Positions 20,737 through 31,800 of a stretch of 64,000 bases of DNA are shown piece after piece (position 1 is the first letter of the stretch; every line of letters starts with the position of its first letter). The DNA comes from an uncultured Planctomycetota bacterium (GTDB taxonomy: Bacteria > Planctomycetota > Planctomycetia > Isosphaerales > Isosphaeraceae). The translations under genes and the position numbers were made by a program. The stretch is from the NCBI GenBank assembly GCA_963845755.1, contig CAWJTV010000038.1, positions 128,001 through 192,000 of the forward strand, read 5' to 3'. The notes beneath the pieces were generated by a model. That model ran no database searches, was not told the origin of the DNA, and saw only the letters and a program-made list of their open reading frames with translations.

Positions 20737-23085
20737 TCATCCCGGCAGGGCGGCCTCGATGGATCGGATCTCCTCGAGACGTTTCTGATTCCGATGATAC
20801 GCCTTCAGCTTCTCCTGATACGACACCATGGTCTTCGTGCAGACCAGCGTATAAGGTCTACCTTTTCGTTCGGTCCGAGAATTCAGGTCGAGCTTGCGAT
20901 CGCGGATCTGGCCTTCGAGATGGTTGCGCCGTTCTTCCGGGACGCCGAAACGATGCTCCGGCTGGCGCGGATCGTCGAGGAACCGTTTCATCTCGGCACA
21001 TTCCCGACATTTGCAGGTGATCGGGGCATCGCGGCGGAAGTCGGCGGGTTCCTGGGGTTCCTCGGCCGTGAGTGATTCTAACTGCTCCCGGCACGCGGCG
21101 ACCCATCGGGACAGGCCGTTGCAAGGTACCTTGACATGCTTCTTGAGCCAGGGCCGGAGGTTCTCCAGCGCCGGGACGTGGGCAGAGTTCAAGGGATAGA
21201 GGTTCGGCAAGGCCAGCGTGTGGGTGACGAACCGCGACAGCAGATCACATTGCTCGGTGGCCAGCAGCGATCGAGCCAGCCCGTCGAGCACATCGGTTCG
21301 CTTCACATCCCGGGCCTGCCAGTCGGTCTCGCCTCTCGCCTGATCGATGGTCTCGATCGCCGGGACGAGCGCATGCGCCAGGCGTTTGCAAAGCTCGCCC
21401 CATCCCGCCCTCTTCCGAGGTTCGGCGGAACTGATCGATTCGAGCAGCCGGATGTTCCGCTCGATCGTCTCCCGGGTCGTGCCCTCCATGACGGTCAGGA
21501 GTTCCTTCTGAAACGCCTTCCAACCGTACTTCTGGCAGACGGCGGCGATGGATCTGCCGGGGTCGGCGGTTGCATCCTTGACCAGGACATCGCCCAGGTA
21601 TTGATGGATCAAACCGGGCTCGCCGAGCCCGGCGAGCGTCTTCATCGGATCGCTCTTCTCCGTGGTCGGGTAGTACGTCCGAGCGTAACGTTCTTCGGGC
21701 CACGCCCCGAGGATGGCCGTGGCGAACGCGATGCATTGGGCTTTGAGAGCCGCAGCACCTTCCCCCTTCGTTTTTCGCCATTTCGCCACCATCTGCGCCA
21801 GTGCGGGCACGGCGTTCCGACTTCCGTTACTGCACAGGACCTCGAAATGCCGGCGCTCGGGCCAGAGGAGGATCGCCGCATAGCGATACCAGCGCTCGAG
21901 AGTCATGCCCGCATTGCCCGTGTAGCCTTCAAAGTCCTCCTCGGGCTCGCCTTCTCTGAGCACATCCGAGTCGAGGACCTCGTCTTCTTCGAAGTCCATC
22001 TCTCCGATCGGGAGCCCGTTGCCTTCGTTGTCGATGCACTGCTCCGCGGTGAGGCTGAACTCGAAGACCTCTCCCATTTCGTAATCGCTGCTGTCGTCTT
22101 CGTCTTCGTCGTCATCGTCGTCATACCAGCGCCCACGTCGCCCATATCTATGCCGGCCACCGACGTACTCCGCGTCGCCTGCTTCGTGGAAGGTGAGCAA
22201 GGCCAGATAGGCCCGGCAGCCCTCCTGGCGGGCGGCTCCTGCGAGGACCTGTGCCTTGACGCGATCCACACCTTTCAACGTATCCCAGGCGATCCCGTCC
22301 TTCGTGTATTGATGGTCGAGCGTGATGGCCAGCTTCTCCTGCGAGTCGTCCTTCGCCCATTCGCGAATGAGCGGACGGATCCGCTCGAGATGCTCCGAAA
22401 TCCGCGGAGCGGTGATGGTTTTCCTGGTCTTTCCGAGCGTCAAGTTGTAGACGAGACAGAGGCGATATCCCTTGCGCACCGGGCGAATCTCGTGTTCGCA
22501 GTCCGCGTAGAACGCAGCGAAGTGGTTGTGGAACAGGTTGTTCTCGACCTTGGTGAAGTCGATCGTCTGCTCCTGGCCCTCATGCCGGACCACGATCTCG
22601 CCGCCGTCGTAGGACGAAGGGAGCACGATGACCAGCGTCGCGACCATCCGATCGAGCTTCTCACCGTCGCGATGGGGCAGGAAGAAGCTCCCCGGCTCAT
22701 AGAGAAGCAGGTCATAGAGATGCGCTTCCAGCTTCTGACTCTCCAGGCCCAGCTCTTCTTGAACCTTCTTGACAGCCTGATCGAGGAACTGATGCCACTC
22801 GGGATTCTTCAGCGAGAATTGGCGCGGTTCCATCCGCCAGACGCTCCGGACCTTCGTATCGACCAGGGTCTTTTCGCCTTTGCCATAGGGCGCTTGATGG
22901 CATTGCTTTTTCAGGTCTTTGGCCGTCTGGGCGGTGAGCGGCAGACCGATCGGCCCCAGTCCCTTGACCTCCAGCCCGGGCGGCACAGCGGGGAGGCTGC
23001 CACTGACGCAGAACGAACCGGGTCGATCGATCTGGACCAATGCCTCGCTGAGTTTTTCCAAAGTCATTCTTGGCATCGAAGTCAC
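20737..23085 (-). CDS. 2OG-Fe(II) oxygenase domain protein with a long C-terminal region
   Basis: LLLYEPGSFFLPHRD...HEIRPVRKGYRLCLVYNL gives HxD...H...R; also EGYTGNAG. Confidence 0.85.
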   Translation of the reverse strand: MTSMPRMTLEKLSEALVQIDRPGSFCVSGSLPAVPPGLEVKGLGPIGLPLTAQTAKDLKKQCHQAPYGKGEKTLVDTKVRSVWRMEPRQFSLKNPEWHQFLDQAVKKVQEELGLESQKLEAHLYDLLLYEPGSFFLPHRDGEKLDRMVATLVIVLPSSYDGGEIVVRHEGQEQTIDFTKVENNLFHNHFAAFYADCEHEIRPVRKGYRLCLVYNLTLGKTRKTITAPRISEHLERIRPLIREWAKDDSQEKLAITLDHQYTKDGIAWDTLKGVDRVKAQVLAGAARQEGCRAYLALLTFHEAGDAEYVGGRHRYGRRGRWYDDDDDEDEDDSSDYEMGEVFEFSLTAEQCIDNEGNGLPIGEMDFEEDEVLDSDVLREGEPEEDFEGYTGNAGMTLERWYRYAAILLWPERRHFEVLCSNGSRNAVPALAQMVAKWRKTKGEGAAALKAQCIAFATAILGAWPEERYARTYYPTTEKSDPMKTLAGLGEPGLIHQYLGDVLVKDATADPGRSIAAVCQKYGWKAFQKELLTVMEGTTRETIERNIRLLESISSAEPRKRAGWGELCKRLAHALVPAIETIDQARGETDWQARDVKRTDVLDGLARSLLATEQCDLLSRFVTHTLALPNLYPLNSAHVPALENLRPWLKKHVKVPCNGLSRWVAACREQLESLTAEEPQEPADFRRDAPITCKCRECAEMKRFLDDPRQPEHRFGVPEERRNHLEGQIRDRKLDLNSRTERKGRPYTLVCTKTMVSYQEKLKAYHRNQKRLEEIRSIEAALPG

Positions 23086-23330
23086 CTCACACCGACCGAG
23101 GAGCCGACTCGCCGTTGTCGTGTCGATGTCTCATAGATACCCGAACCGACGAGCGGTAGCTACCGACTCCTCTCTGATGTGAAATGATGGAGAGCCTGGT
23201 ATTGATGTCGTCGTCTTGACATGGACCTGGAGAAAACCGATCGCGAACTGACCGCGCGCGAAGGGAGTACAGAAGGGATGATATTGCCCTCCAATGTCTC
23301 GGCACGCTTCTCGCGGATATGGTGCTTGTC

Positions 23331-24271
23331 CTAGGAGTTTCTTGCCACTTGCCGTGCCAGCCGGCCGGCGACGGTCTCGGCATCTTCTCCCGGCGCGACG
23401 GGGAACGCGCGGACTTCCTCCAGCCCGCGGAACCAGGTGGCCTGGCGCTTGGCGAACTGGCGGGAGCGGGTCTGGATGCGGTCGATTGTCTCATCGAGGG
23501 TCGCTTGCCCGGCGAGCATCGCGGTGACTTCGCGGTAGCCGATGGCCTGGGCGGCGACGGGGCTCAAGGGTCGGGCGCCGGCCTGGAGGGCGCGCACCTC
23601 CTCGATCAGGCCGGAGTCGAAGAAGCTCCGCACGCGTCGGTTGATCCGGTCGTAAAGGTCCGGCGCGGAAGTTCCATCGCGAAGACCTGGACCGAACCCG
23701 GCGCCGGGTGTTGATGCTCGACCTGCAAGCTGCTGAGGGGCCGTCCGGTCAGCTCGATCACCTCCAGGGCGCGGACGATTCGCCGCCGGTCGTGGGAATG
23801 GAGTCGCGCCGCGGTCGTCGGGTCGAGGGCGGCCAGCCGGGCATGGAGGGTGGCGTCGCCCGCCGCCTCGGCCTCCTGCTCCAGCCGCCGCCGCAGTTCG
23901 GGATCGGAGCCGGGTCCCCCGAACAAGCCGCGCAGCAGCGCCTTGAGATAGAGCGGTGTGCCGCCGACGAACAGCGCCCGCCGGTCGCGAGCCTCGATCG
24001 CCGCGACCGCCGCGCCGGCCCATTGGCGATAGTCGGCCACGCTGGCCGACGCCCACGGCTCGATCACGTCGATCAGATGATGCGGAATCCCGCCACGCTC
24101 GGCCATTGTCGGCTTGGCGGTGCCGATGTTCATGCCCCGGTAGATCGTCATCGAGTCCATCGCGACGACCTCGGCACCCAGCCGGCGCGCCAGGGCCACG
24201 CCGACGGCCGTTTTGCCCGACGCTGTCGGGCCTGTCAGGTAGATCGCACGGTGAAATGGGTTTTCGTCCAT
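23331..24271 (-). CDS. miaA: tRNA dimethylallyltransferase MiaA; frameshift near 23665
   Basis: GPTASGKT, DSMTIYRGMNIGTAKP, VGGTPLY, RRIVRALEV, QAIGYRE and RQFAKRQATWFR. Confidence 0.95.
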
Positions 24272-24384
24272 CGACCGGTTCATGACAAGGACGGGAACAG
24301 CCGTCTTTGGCTCGCACCTTTCCCGACAGTATGATCCTGATCTGGTCAAGAGGGGAAACTCACGCCCGGAGGGAGGGACAGGCG

Positions 24385-24720
24385 GTGCGATCGTTCCTGT
24401 GGTACAGCCTCGACGCCCTCGGCGAGATCGGCGGCTGCTTCGCCTTCTGGGCGTGGCTCCGCATGCAGAGAAGCCCGATCTGGCTGGTGCCGGGAATCGC
24501 GGCCCTGATCGTCTTCGCCCTCGCCCTCACGAGGATCGACGCGAGCCATGCCGGCCGGGCCTACGCGGCGTACGGTGGCATCTACATCGTCGCGTCGATG
24601 GGCTGGCTCTGGGCGGCCGAAGGCGTCAGGCCCGACGACTGGGATTGGATCGGTGCCGGCCTCTGCCTGCTCGGTACGGCCGTGATCCTCTTCGGCCGGA
24701 GAGTCTTCTCAGTCCCGTAA
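24385..24720 (+). CDS. ynfA: YnfA/UPF0060 family small membrane protein
   Basis: [26 protein letters not shown] and [17 protein letters not shown] before a GTG start. Confidence 0.9.
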   Translation: MRSFLWYSLDALGEIGGCFAFWAWLRMQRSPIWLVPGIAALIVFALALTRIDASHAGRAYAAYGGIYIVASMGWLWAAEGVRPDDWDWIGAGLCLLGTAVILFGRRVFSVP

Positions 24721-24775
24721 GTCAGGTTTTCCAGCCGGACACGACCAGACCATCAGACTGGAAATCCTGACCTAC
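24717..24775. repeat. GTAG-type REP doublet, family 1
   Basis: gtaagtcaggttttccag ... ctggaaatcctgacctac, a 59-bp hairpin similar to 45342-45400. Confidence 0.75.
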
Positions 24776-25292
24776 CAACACGCTGGGATGACCGCAATTT
24801 TCCGTAACCAGGCACGTGAGTGCGTGGTTCGGACGGGGCGCAGCCCACCAACCTCGGGCGTCAGCCCCATCCGACCGGCTGAGGGGATCGCACGGACGTC
24901 CGAGGCTGGAGGTTCCCGTCCGGACCACAGTCTCACGACCGTGGTCATAACAGTCGGGTTCACCAAGGCGTGTCAAAGTTTGCCCTCGTCCCCCAAACCC
25001 AACAGAGGCGAACGGATCGCCGGGCTCGAGCAGTCGGAAACCGAAACCCGAGAGAAAAATTGCGCTAAATTGGGCCCATTCCCGATCTCCTTGTTTGGGG
25101 CGAGTCGATTCTTGCTTGGCAGGACCCGTCCGGAAATCGCTAGCCCACCATATCTGTGAGTCTCGGCGATACGCTTCGTGGGCCACCGATGCTGGTCATC
25201 GTGGGAGAATCGCACCCATGGGACCACCCTTCTCTCGGCCTGTCGCGTTGCGAGCAGCATCACGAGAATGAGCAACTCTTGAAGAGGAGAGA

Positions 25293-26745
25293 ATGATGCG
25301 ACGATTGAAAGGAAGGACGCTCTTCCTGGGCATGACGCTCGTCGCCGCGTTCATGGCGCGGCCGTGGACTCCCGTGGTTATCGCCCAGGAGGGAGGGCCC
25401 AGCGCGGCGAGCGAGGCCGACTTCAAGCCGGTGCCGCTGCCCGACCCCGGCATCCCGGGCTTCGTCTTCCCGGAGAAGGAAGCCAAAATCCTTGGCTGGG
25501 TCCAGCACAAGAATCACGCGGCGATCGATCGACACGTCTGGGGGATCTGGACGGCGCTCACGGCCCCGTCGGGTGTCAAGTTCGAAGGTCAGGAGCTTCG
25601 CGTCTTCGAGACCTGGGACACGCCCGGCGACCTGCTCGACGCCGCCGCGAGCGCCCGCGGGGCGCCGCGAGCCAAGCGTAACCCGCGGCCGCTCACGTCT
25701 CTCCGGCAGCTCGGCCACGGCGGCATGAACTTTCGGAGCCTCCGCGCCGGCGAGTCGACCGTGACGGGCTTCGTGAAGTACGACCCGGTGGCGGCGAAGC
25801 ACATCACCGACAAGAAACTGCTCTCGATCTCGCAACTGAATTCCTTGCTCAGCTCGGGTGCGACGGAGGTCCCGACCTTCCCCGTGGCGGCCGTCTCGCT
25901 CAAGCCGGTCTTCACCACGATCTCGGCGTCCCAGCTCGTTCGACGGCCGATATTTCCTCCTGCCGGCATGGCCGGGGCCGCCGACCACGCCCCAACCGTT
26001 CCCGCCGAATGACTGGAAACAGTTCGTCTGGGTCAACATCAAGGCAACCGGCGACGGCACCGGTACGGGCAAGGTGGACACCGTCGGCAAGGTCGACGGG
26101 AGCTCACGGACCCCGCAGACAACCTACGGCGTCAATCGCTTCATTCACTTCCGCCTCTCCGCTGCCCAGGCCCAGGCGTTGAATGCCCTCAACGATGCGG
26201 TGCCCGCCGGTCGGGCCCCGCGCGCCGCGGAGGGGGATTTCTCGGTGCTCCTGGGGATGCACACGACGAGCCGCGAGATCACCCGATGGACCTGGCAGAC
26301 GTTCTGGTGGACGCCCGCCCCGGACGACCCTCCTGCCCCCAGCTCGAAGGCGATCGCGTCCCATCGACCCGCCGAACTCAAAGGGGCCCCGCGTAACTAT
26401 GCCGTCGCGATCGCGTACGACATGGTCTCGCCGCCGCAGCCCAACACCGGCGGCCAGAATGTCGGCGAGTCCATCTACGCCTACAATCCGTGGCTCGAGG
26501 CGGGCTTCGGGCCGGGGAACCTGCCGAGTTCCCAGCCGGGGACGTACAAGGGCAGGCCCGTTGCCAATAACGTCGGTGTGCAGACCAACTGCATGAGCTG
26601 CCACGCCCAGGCGTGCTATTCCACGACGGGGTCCCAGGACCCTTCGCTCTATACCGGCGACCAGTATATCGACCTCGGCGGTTCCCAGTTCCAGGGCAAG
26701 CTCCGCGTCGATTTCCTCTGGTCGCTGCCCGACCTCGCCCGCTAG
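25293..26745 (+). CDS. Exported hypothetical protein with a single C-terminal CxxCH heme-binding motif; frameshift near 25940
   Basis: Signal peptide and GAGGAG RBS; GMHTTSREITRWTWQTFWW; TNCMSCH at 26590-26604. Confidence 0.75.
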
Positions 26746-26888
26746 GGCGCGAACCGACGTTCACCGATATGGGAGGATCGGAGTTCGGATCCTCCCGAGA
26801 TCCTTGTCAGCCGATCCGGGGCCGCATCGCTCGTCCGACGTCGGCCGGTCGATGCGACGTCCCGCACCCCCTCAACCTGGAGATGATC

Positions 26889-27902
26889 ATGAAAGCAATC
26901 ACGATGATGGCCGTCTGCGCGATGATCCTGGCCACGGCGACGTTCGGTTGGAGCGCGCAGGGCCAGCAAGCAGGTACACACCCCCTCAACGCACCGTATC
27001 CCCAGGATGTGCCTAACGACCCGCAGAGCAAATTCCTGGTCAAGCTCGTCAGGCGGTGTGGGACCTCCGCGCCCGACGATCATCGACGTTCGGCCCTCCG
27101 CCTGCGGACCGCCCCATTTCGCGTGGCGAACCTCCGCGCGATGGCGACCGCGACGAAGCCGGTCACGGTCAACGTCTACTTCCACGTCATCCACAAGGGG
27201 ACGACCGGCAATGTCACCGACGCCCAGATCTCCAAGCAGATTGACGTCCTCAACGAGGATTACAAGTCCCACGGCTTCCAGTTCGCCCTGAAGGCCACCA
27301 GCCGGACCGACGTGGATGACCCGAGCATCAACAAGCCGGGTTGGTTCACCATGAGCGGCGGCAGCGCCGACGAGCTCGACGCGAAGACGACCTTGTCGGT
27401 GAACCCCGCGCAGAACCTGAACCTCTACACCGCCGAGCCGACGGACCCGGTCCTCGGGGGACTGCTGGGGTTCTCGACCTTCCCCTGGGACCTGGCGGGC
27501 AACCCGAAGGTTAACGGGGTGGTCATCCTCCACTCGTCGCTGCCCGGAGGGGTCGCACCGTTCAACCTCGGCAAGACGGCCACTCACGAGGTCGGCCACT
27601 GGTTGGGCCTGTACCATACCTTCCAGGGGGGCTGTACCCCGCCGGGTGACGAGGTGGACGACACGCAGGCCCAGCCCGATGGTGACAACATCTTCCAATG
27701 CGATCCGATGACCAATATTTGCCCCGGCGGCGACCCGGCGAAGGCCCCGATCCACAACTATATGAACTACGCCGACGACTCCTGCCTGACCGAGTTCACC
27801 CTGGGCCAGACGGAACGGATGAAGGTGGAGGTGAGCCTCTATCGCAAGCTCGTGGTGGATCCGGACGTGCGCAAGAATCTCCGCACGTTCGCGAGCCGCT
27901 AG
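26889..27902 (+). CDS. M43 family (ulilysin/pappalysin-like) zinc metalloprotease
   Basis: HEVGHWLGLYH zinc motif, NYMNY Met-turn, RRCGT propeptide cysteine and a signal peptide. Confidence 0.92.
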   Translation: MKAITMMAVCAMILATATFGWSAQGQQAGTHPLNAPYPQDVPNDPQSKFLVKLVRRCGTSAPDDHRRSALRLRTAPFRVANLRAMATATKPVTVNVYFHVIHKGTTGNVTDAQISKQIDVLNEDYKSHGFQFALKATSRTDVDDPSINKPGWFTMSGGSADELDAKTTLSVNPAQNLNLYTAEPTDPVLGGLLGFSTFPWDLAGNPKVNGVVILHSSLPGGVAPFNLGKTATHEVGHWLGLYHTFQGGCTPPGDEVDDTQAQPDGDNIFQCDPMTNICPGGDPAKAPIHNYMNYADDSCLTEFTLGQTERMKVEVSLYRKLVVDPDVRKNLRTFASR

Positions 27903-28022
27903 CGACGTCCCCGGCGGTCGCGGGGTATCATGAGAGTCGGGCGGATGACGCGTGATGTCGCCCGACCCCTCATGTCATGGGGGCCCGACCGCGGGCCGTG
28001 GCTTTTCCGCAAGGAGCCGGCG

Positions 28023-28626
28023 ATGTTCCGCATCCTGATCGCCCTGATCCCGTTCATGTTCCTCGCGTTCGCAGGTCTCGCACTCGGCGACGACCACGCG
28101 GCAGCTCGGCTCGCCGAGATTGCCCTCCATCCGGAGGTCCGTCGCGAGATCGGCCTGACACCCGCCCAGGGTCAACTCCTGGACCAGATTGTCGATCGCA
28201 TCAAGCAAGGCGAGGAGCCGCAGCCGAATCTACGCTCCGAGGTCACCAAGCCGCTGGAACCCGAGCAGCTCAAGCGCCTGGAACAGATCTTCGTCCAGGT
28301 CTACGACGCACGGACCCTGGGAAATGCGGGGATCGTCAAGGACCTGGGTCTCGATGAGGCACAGCGTCGAACGCCTCGCCGAGTCCATCAAGGCCATCGG
28401 GGAAGAGGAACGCAAGATGGCCGACGTCATGAAGCGGTCGCGGTTCCCGTCGGCCGAGGCGCGGCATCGTTTCGTGGAGAAGTACGAACAGGCGGCGAAC
28501 GCTCGCCTGCGGGGCATCTTGAACGACGCGCAGAAAGCCCGCCTGGAGAAGATGAAGGGCAACCCCTTCCCTGCCGTGTCCCAGCTCCGCTCGCAAACCA
28601 GCTCGACTCCCAGGATTCTTCCGTAG
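28023..28626 (+). CDS. Exported helical protein with Spy/CpxP-like LTxxQ motifs; frameshift near 28370
   Basis: AAGGAG RBS and signal peptide; IGLTPAQ, LEPEQLKRLEQI, LGLDEAQ and LNDAQKARLEKMKG. Confidence 0.65.
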
Positions 28627-28642
28627 GATGCGTGGCGGGAAT

Positions 28643-28819
28643 GCTGGTGACTGGAATCCAGGCCCGGATTGTCTTCGCCCTCGCACTCACGAGGATCGAT
28701 GCGAGCCATGCCGGCCGGACTTTCGCGGCATAGGGAGACATCTCCCTCGTCGCGTCGATGGGCTGGCTATGGGCGGCCGAAGACTCAGGCCCGACCGATG
28801 GGATTGGATCGGTGCCGGC
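28643..28819 (+). pseudogene. Decayed internal copy of ynfA
   Basis: Aligns with 24483-24660 with many substitutions, an in-frame TAG at 28731 and a 1-nt deletion. Confidence 0.85.
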
Positions 28820-28990
28820 ATTCTCGCCGCGAAAACCCTCTTGGGCGTCGCCCCGTCGCGGTGAAACGTTGGGTTTGACTTGTCGAAATCGCCTCCGGGG
28901 ATCTCTGGACTCCCATTTCGACTGGACCAGTTCTTGGGGAGCAGACCAGGGTGCGGAAGCCGTACTCAGCACGAAACGTGTGCAGGTCCA

Positions 28991-29860
28991 TCATGTGGAA
29001 CGGATGCTTGTCGCATCGCCAGTAAGGGCTTCCAACGGCTCGGTCTTCGTGGGAGCCAGGCAGCGGCATAAGGAGCTCAGCCGGGCCGTGAGGCGCAGAT
29101 GCAGCTCGTTGGACCGATCGAGGATCCAGTCGGGCATCGCCATCGATTCGTGCTCTATCGCACGATCGATGAATCCACTTCTAATGTACTGGGAGGTGTC
29201 ACCGCTGCCGAACGCTCCGGTCCTCCTCGTGAGGGAATACCGCTCGGTGAGGGGGGTATCCAGATCGAGAAAGTCCTCCAGCATCCTGAAGACCTCGGAG
29301 GTTCGGCCCATGAGCTGGTCGTGCGTCAGGAACACTCTGCGCCGGGTGTCATCGATGCCAAGGGCCTCCTGCTCCACCATTGGGAGCCGGGATTCGTAAT
29401 AGTTGAAGGCGGACGATTGGCGGTCCTCCGGCCCCATGTTTGGATGCGTGTTCCAAGCGACCATCTGCCGGATGTGGCTCTGGATCGCGCGGTCTGGCTG
29501 GCGCAAGAGGAAGATGAAGCGACAACGCTCGTCCCGGAGGATCGCGTCACAAAGGAGGTCGTTGTGGAGAACCTTGTCCAGGGCGTAGGGCCGCACGAGG
29601 ACGCGCCGATTGACCACGGACGTCGCGTGGACGAGCCGATTGAGGTCACGGGCCGACTTGTAGTGCATCAGGGTTTCGCCGTACCCGGTGACATTGGGGT
29701 GGCTCGAGAGGATATGTGTTAGCAGGGTCGACCCCGATCGCTGGTGACCGACGATGAAGACGAACTGGCAGGGCTTGCAGAACGTCTGCGCCTGTAGATC
29801 GGGGCCAGGGCAACCTTGAGAATTGACTTTAACATGAATATAATCCTTTAAATTGATCAT
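28991..29860 (-). CDS. Sulfotransferase family protein; start uncertain
   Basis: FIVGHQRSGSTLL (5'-PSB loop) and LLRQPDRAIQS (3'-PB motif). Confidence 0.85.
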   Translation of the reverse strand: MINLKDYIHVKVNSQGCPGPDLQAQTFCKPCQFVFIVGHQRSGSTLLTHILSSHPNVTGYGETLMHYKSARDLNRLVHATSVVNRRVLVRPYALDKVLHNDLLCDAILRDERCRFIFLLRQPDRAIQSHIRQMVAWNTHPNMGPEDRQSSAFNYYESRLPMVEQEALGIDDTRRRVFLTHDQLMGRTSEVFRMLEDFLDLDTPLTERYSLTRRTGAFGSGDTSQYIRSGFIDRAIEHESMAMPDWILDRSNELHLRLTARLSSLCRCLAPTKTEPLEALTGDATSIRST

Positions 29861-30257
29861 GTACGCATCACGATATTTGAATTGTCATTTCCTGGTGTGG
29901 CGCTGCTCAGAATGGTCGGGTACATCCTGCATGACTCGCGTATTCCGATGGGGCAGGCCGCGATGGCTTCGCGGTGGCACTCAAACACGCATCCCCACGC
30001 GATCCTCGCAACTCAGGGCCGGCGCGCGCTGCTCGTCGCACTCGACCGATGATTCGAGGGAGGTCCTGCGGGTGCTTGGCGACCCGTCGAGACTTCAGGG
30101 GAAGGACGTTTGCGAGAGTGGCTTCATTTCCCAACTTGTCGGCGGTTCCCGATGTCAGGCGCCGATCTAAGTGCAACCACCACGAAATCGTGCGAGTCGT
30201 ACGACGAACACGCGGATGCGGCGGTCCAGATCGTGGGAATGGAAGTGATGTGTTCTC

Positions 30258-30626
30258 TCAGCAAACGAGGCGACAGAGCATATGGGAGGGGCTAGCCGTT
30301 CCGAACACGAGGTGGCTTGGGAAATGCATGCCGCGGACGTAGTGTCCCAACCTGATCACGCCGAATCCGATCGGCGCGAAGTCGATGCTCCTACCCAGTT
30401 CTGTTACAGATCGGACGATCTGACGACACTCGAACCTAGCCGGACCGCAGAGCTCAGGCGCTACGTTACATGTCCGCGAGATGAGCCCCAAATCGAGGGG
30501 AACTGGATCGATCAGATAGAATCCCAGAGAGGAGGCAAGGCTGGAGGTGTCGGGTGTGATGGCCTGGATCGTTGTGGCGATCAGAAGAGCAGTCCAGATG
30601 GGCCGGAATGCAATCAGACGGTGCAT
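30258..30626 (-). CDS. Small hypothetical protein with an N-terminal hydrophobic helix
   Basis: 122-aa ORF beginning MHRLIAFRPIWTALLIATTIQAITPD. Confidence 0.4.
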   Translation of the reverse strand: MHRLIAFRPIWTALLIATTIQAITPDTSSLASSLGFYLIDPVPLDLGLISRTCNVAPELCGPARFECRQIVRSVTELGRSIDFAPIGFGVIRLGHYVRGMHFPSHLVFGTASPSHMLCRLVC

Positions 30627-31305
30627 CTGCTCTTCATCTCCGGAGGTCCGGTCGAGAAGTTGGGAGAACCAGGTAGGTTCGTGCCACCGATTGTCTTCAA
30701 GTCCTTCAAACCAATCTCACTCAAGCGGAACACTGATGTCAAGTATCTAATCGTGTCATTTTCTCTTGGTCCCTGATGTCGCCTTTTTTGAGGTCTCTTG
30801 AAGGGTCTATTCTGAGGTTTCACAGTGCTGATCCCCATATGTGGATTTCTGAGAAAATGTTTATCTCGAAGGGGAATATTTGGGAATTGCCGGTAACGGC
30901 GCACAAAGCCGTCTCCGAAACGAAGACTGGCGTGTCGGTCTCTCGAGGAGCCGGCCCCTGACCGGCAAACGCTCTCGCCGTAGCCTGTGGCCTTATTTAG
31001 CACGCCAGGATGTTGTCGAAAACCAACGTGTGTTCTCGTGCCCAGTCAGCGGTCCGATCGAGGCATCAAGAATCGAGCCAAATCCAGGTCGAACCTGTCA
31101 CGATCGTATCGTGGAAGCAATCACGAACCCTTGGGGTCTTGCCCCCGAGGCGTGACCAGACACGCCGGCCCTCACCCGAATATTCACACTGATATCTATA
31201 ATCGTTTTAAGTGAACAGATGATTTATCATCGGAGTGCCGGCGGCGAGGGCGCCTGCCGGATGAACCCCGGTCCTCTCGCGAGGCCGGTCGATCCCGTGC
31301 CGCCC

Positions 31306-31800
31306 TCAAAGCTGGCCGCAGTCCTCGATGACGATCTTGCCTTGCGGCTTCCCGCTACCCGATCCCAGGGCTTCGATTGTCTTGACCAGGTCCATGCCAT
31401 CGGTCACCTCGCCGAAGACCACGTGCTTGCCATCCAGCCAGTTGGTCACGACCGTAGTGATGAAGAACTGCGAGCCGTTGGTGTTCGGGCCGGCATTGGC
31501 CATGGACAGGAGGCCCGGCCTGTCGTGCTTGAGCTTGAAATTCTCGTCCTTGAACTTATTTCCATAGATCGACTTGCCGCCGGTGCCGTTGTGGTTCGTG
31601 AAGTCGCCGCCCTGGAGCATGAACTGGGGAATCACGCGGTGGAACGAGGATCCCTTGTAGCCGAATCCCTTCTCGTGTGTGCACAAGGCGCGGAAGTTCT
31701 CGGCGGTCTCGGGCACGACGTCGTCGAACAGCTCCATGGTGATGCGGCCGGAGGGTTTGCCGTCGATGGTGATGTCAAAGTAGACGCGTGGCCTGGCCAT
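31306..31800 (-). CDS. Cyclophilin-type peptidyl-prolyl isomerase
   Basis: [33 protein letters not shown] and [10 protein letters not shown]. Confidence 0.97.
   Translation of the reverse strand: MARPRVYFDITIDGKPSGRITMELFDDVVPETAENFRALCTHEKGFGYKGSSFHRVIPQFMLQGGDFTNHNGTGGKSIYGNKFKDENFKLKHDRPGLLSMANAGPNTNGSQFFITTVVTNWLDGKHVVFGEVTDGMDLVKTIEALGSGSGKPQGKIVIEDCGQL

Noticed and set aside
21136..23136. Long antisense ORFs (also 45294-48161, 18333-20168, 62556-63959)
   Set aside because: Shadow ORFs opposite well-supported genes, as expected in high-GC DNA.
23331..24349. miaA as a pseudogene or programmed frameshift
   Set aside because: All motifs are intact and the same break pattern occurs across the window.
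30885..30995. Possible c-di-GMP or other riboswitch
   Set aside because: Short stems are present, but I could not match the conserved motifs of any known class.
24720..31300. Prophage or integrative element
   Set aside because: No integrase, transposase, phage gene or tRNA attachment site was seen.
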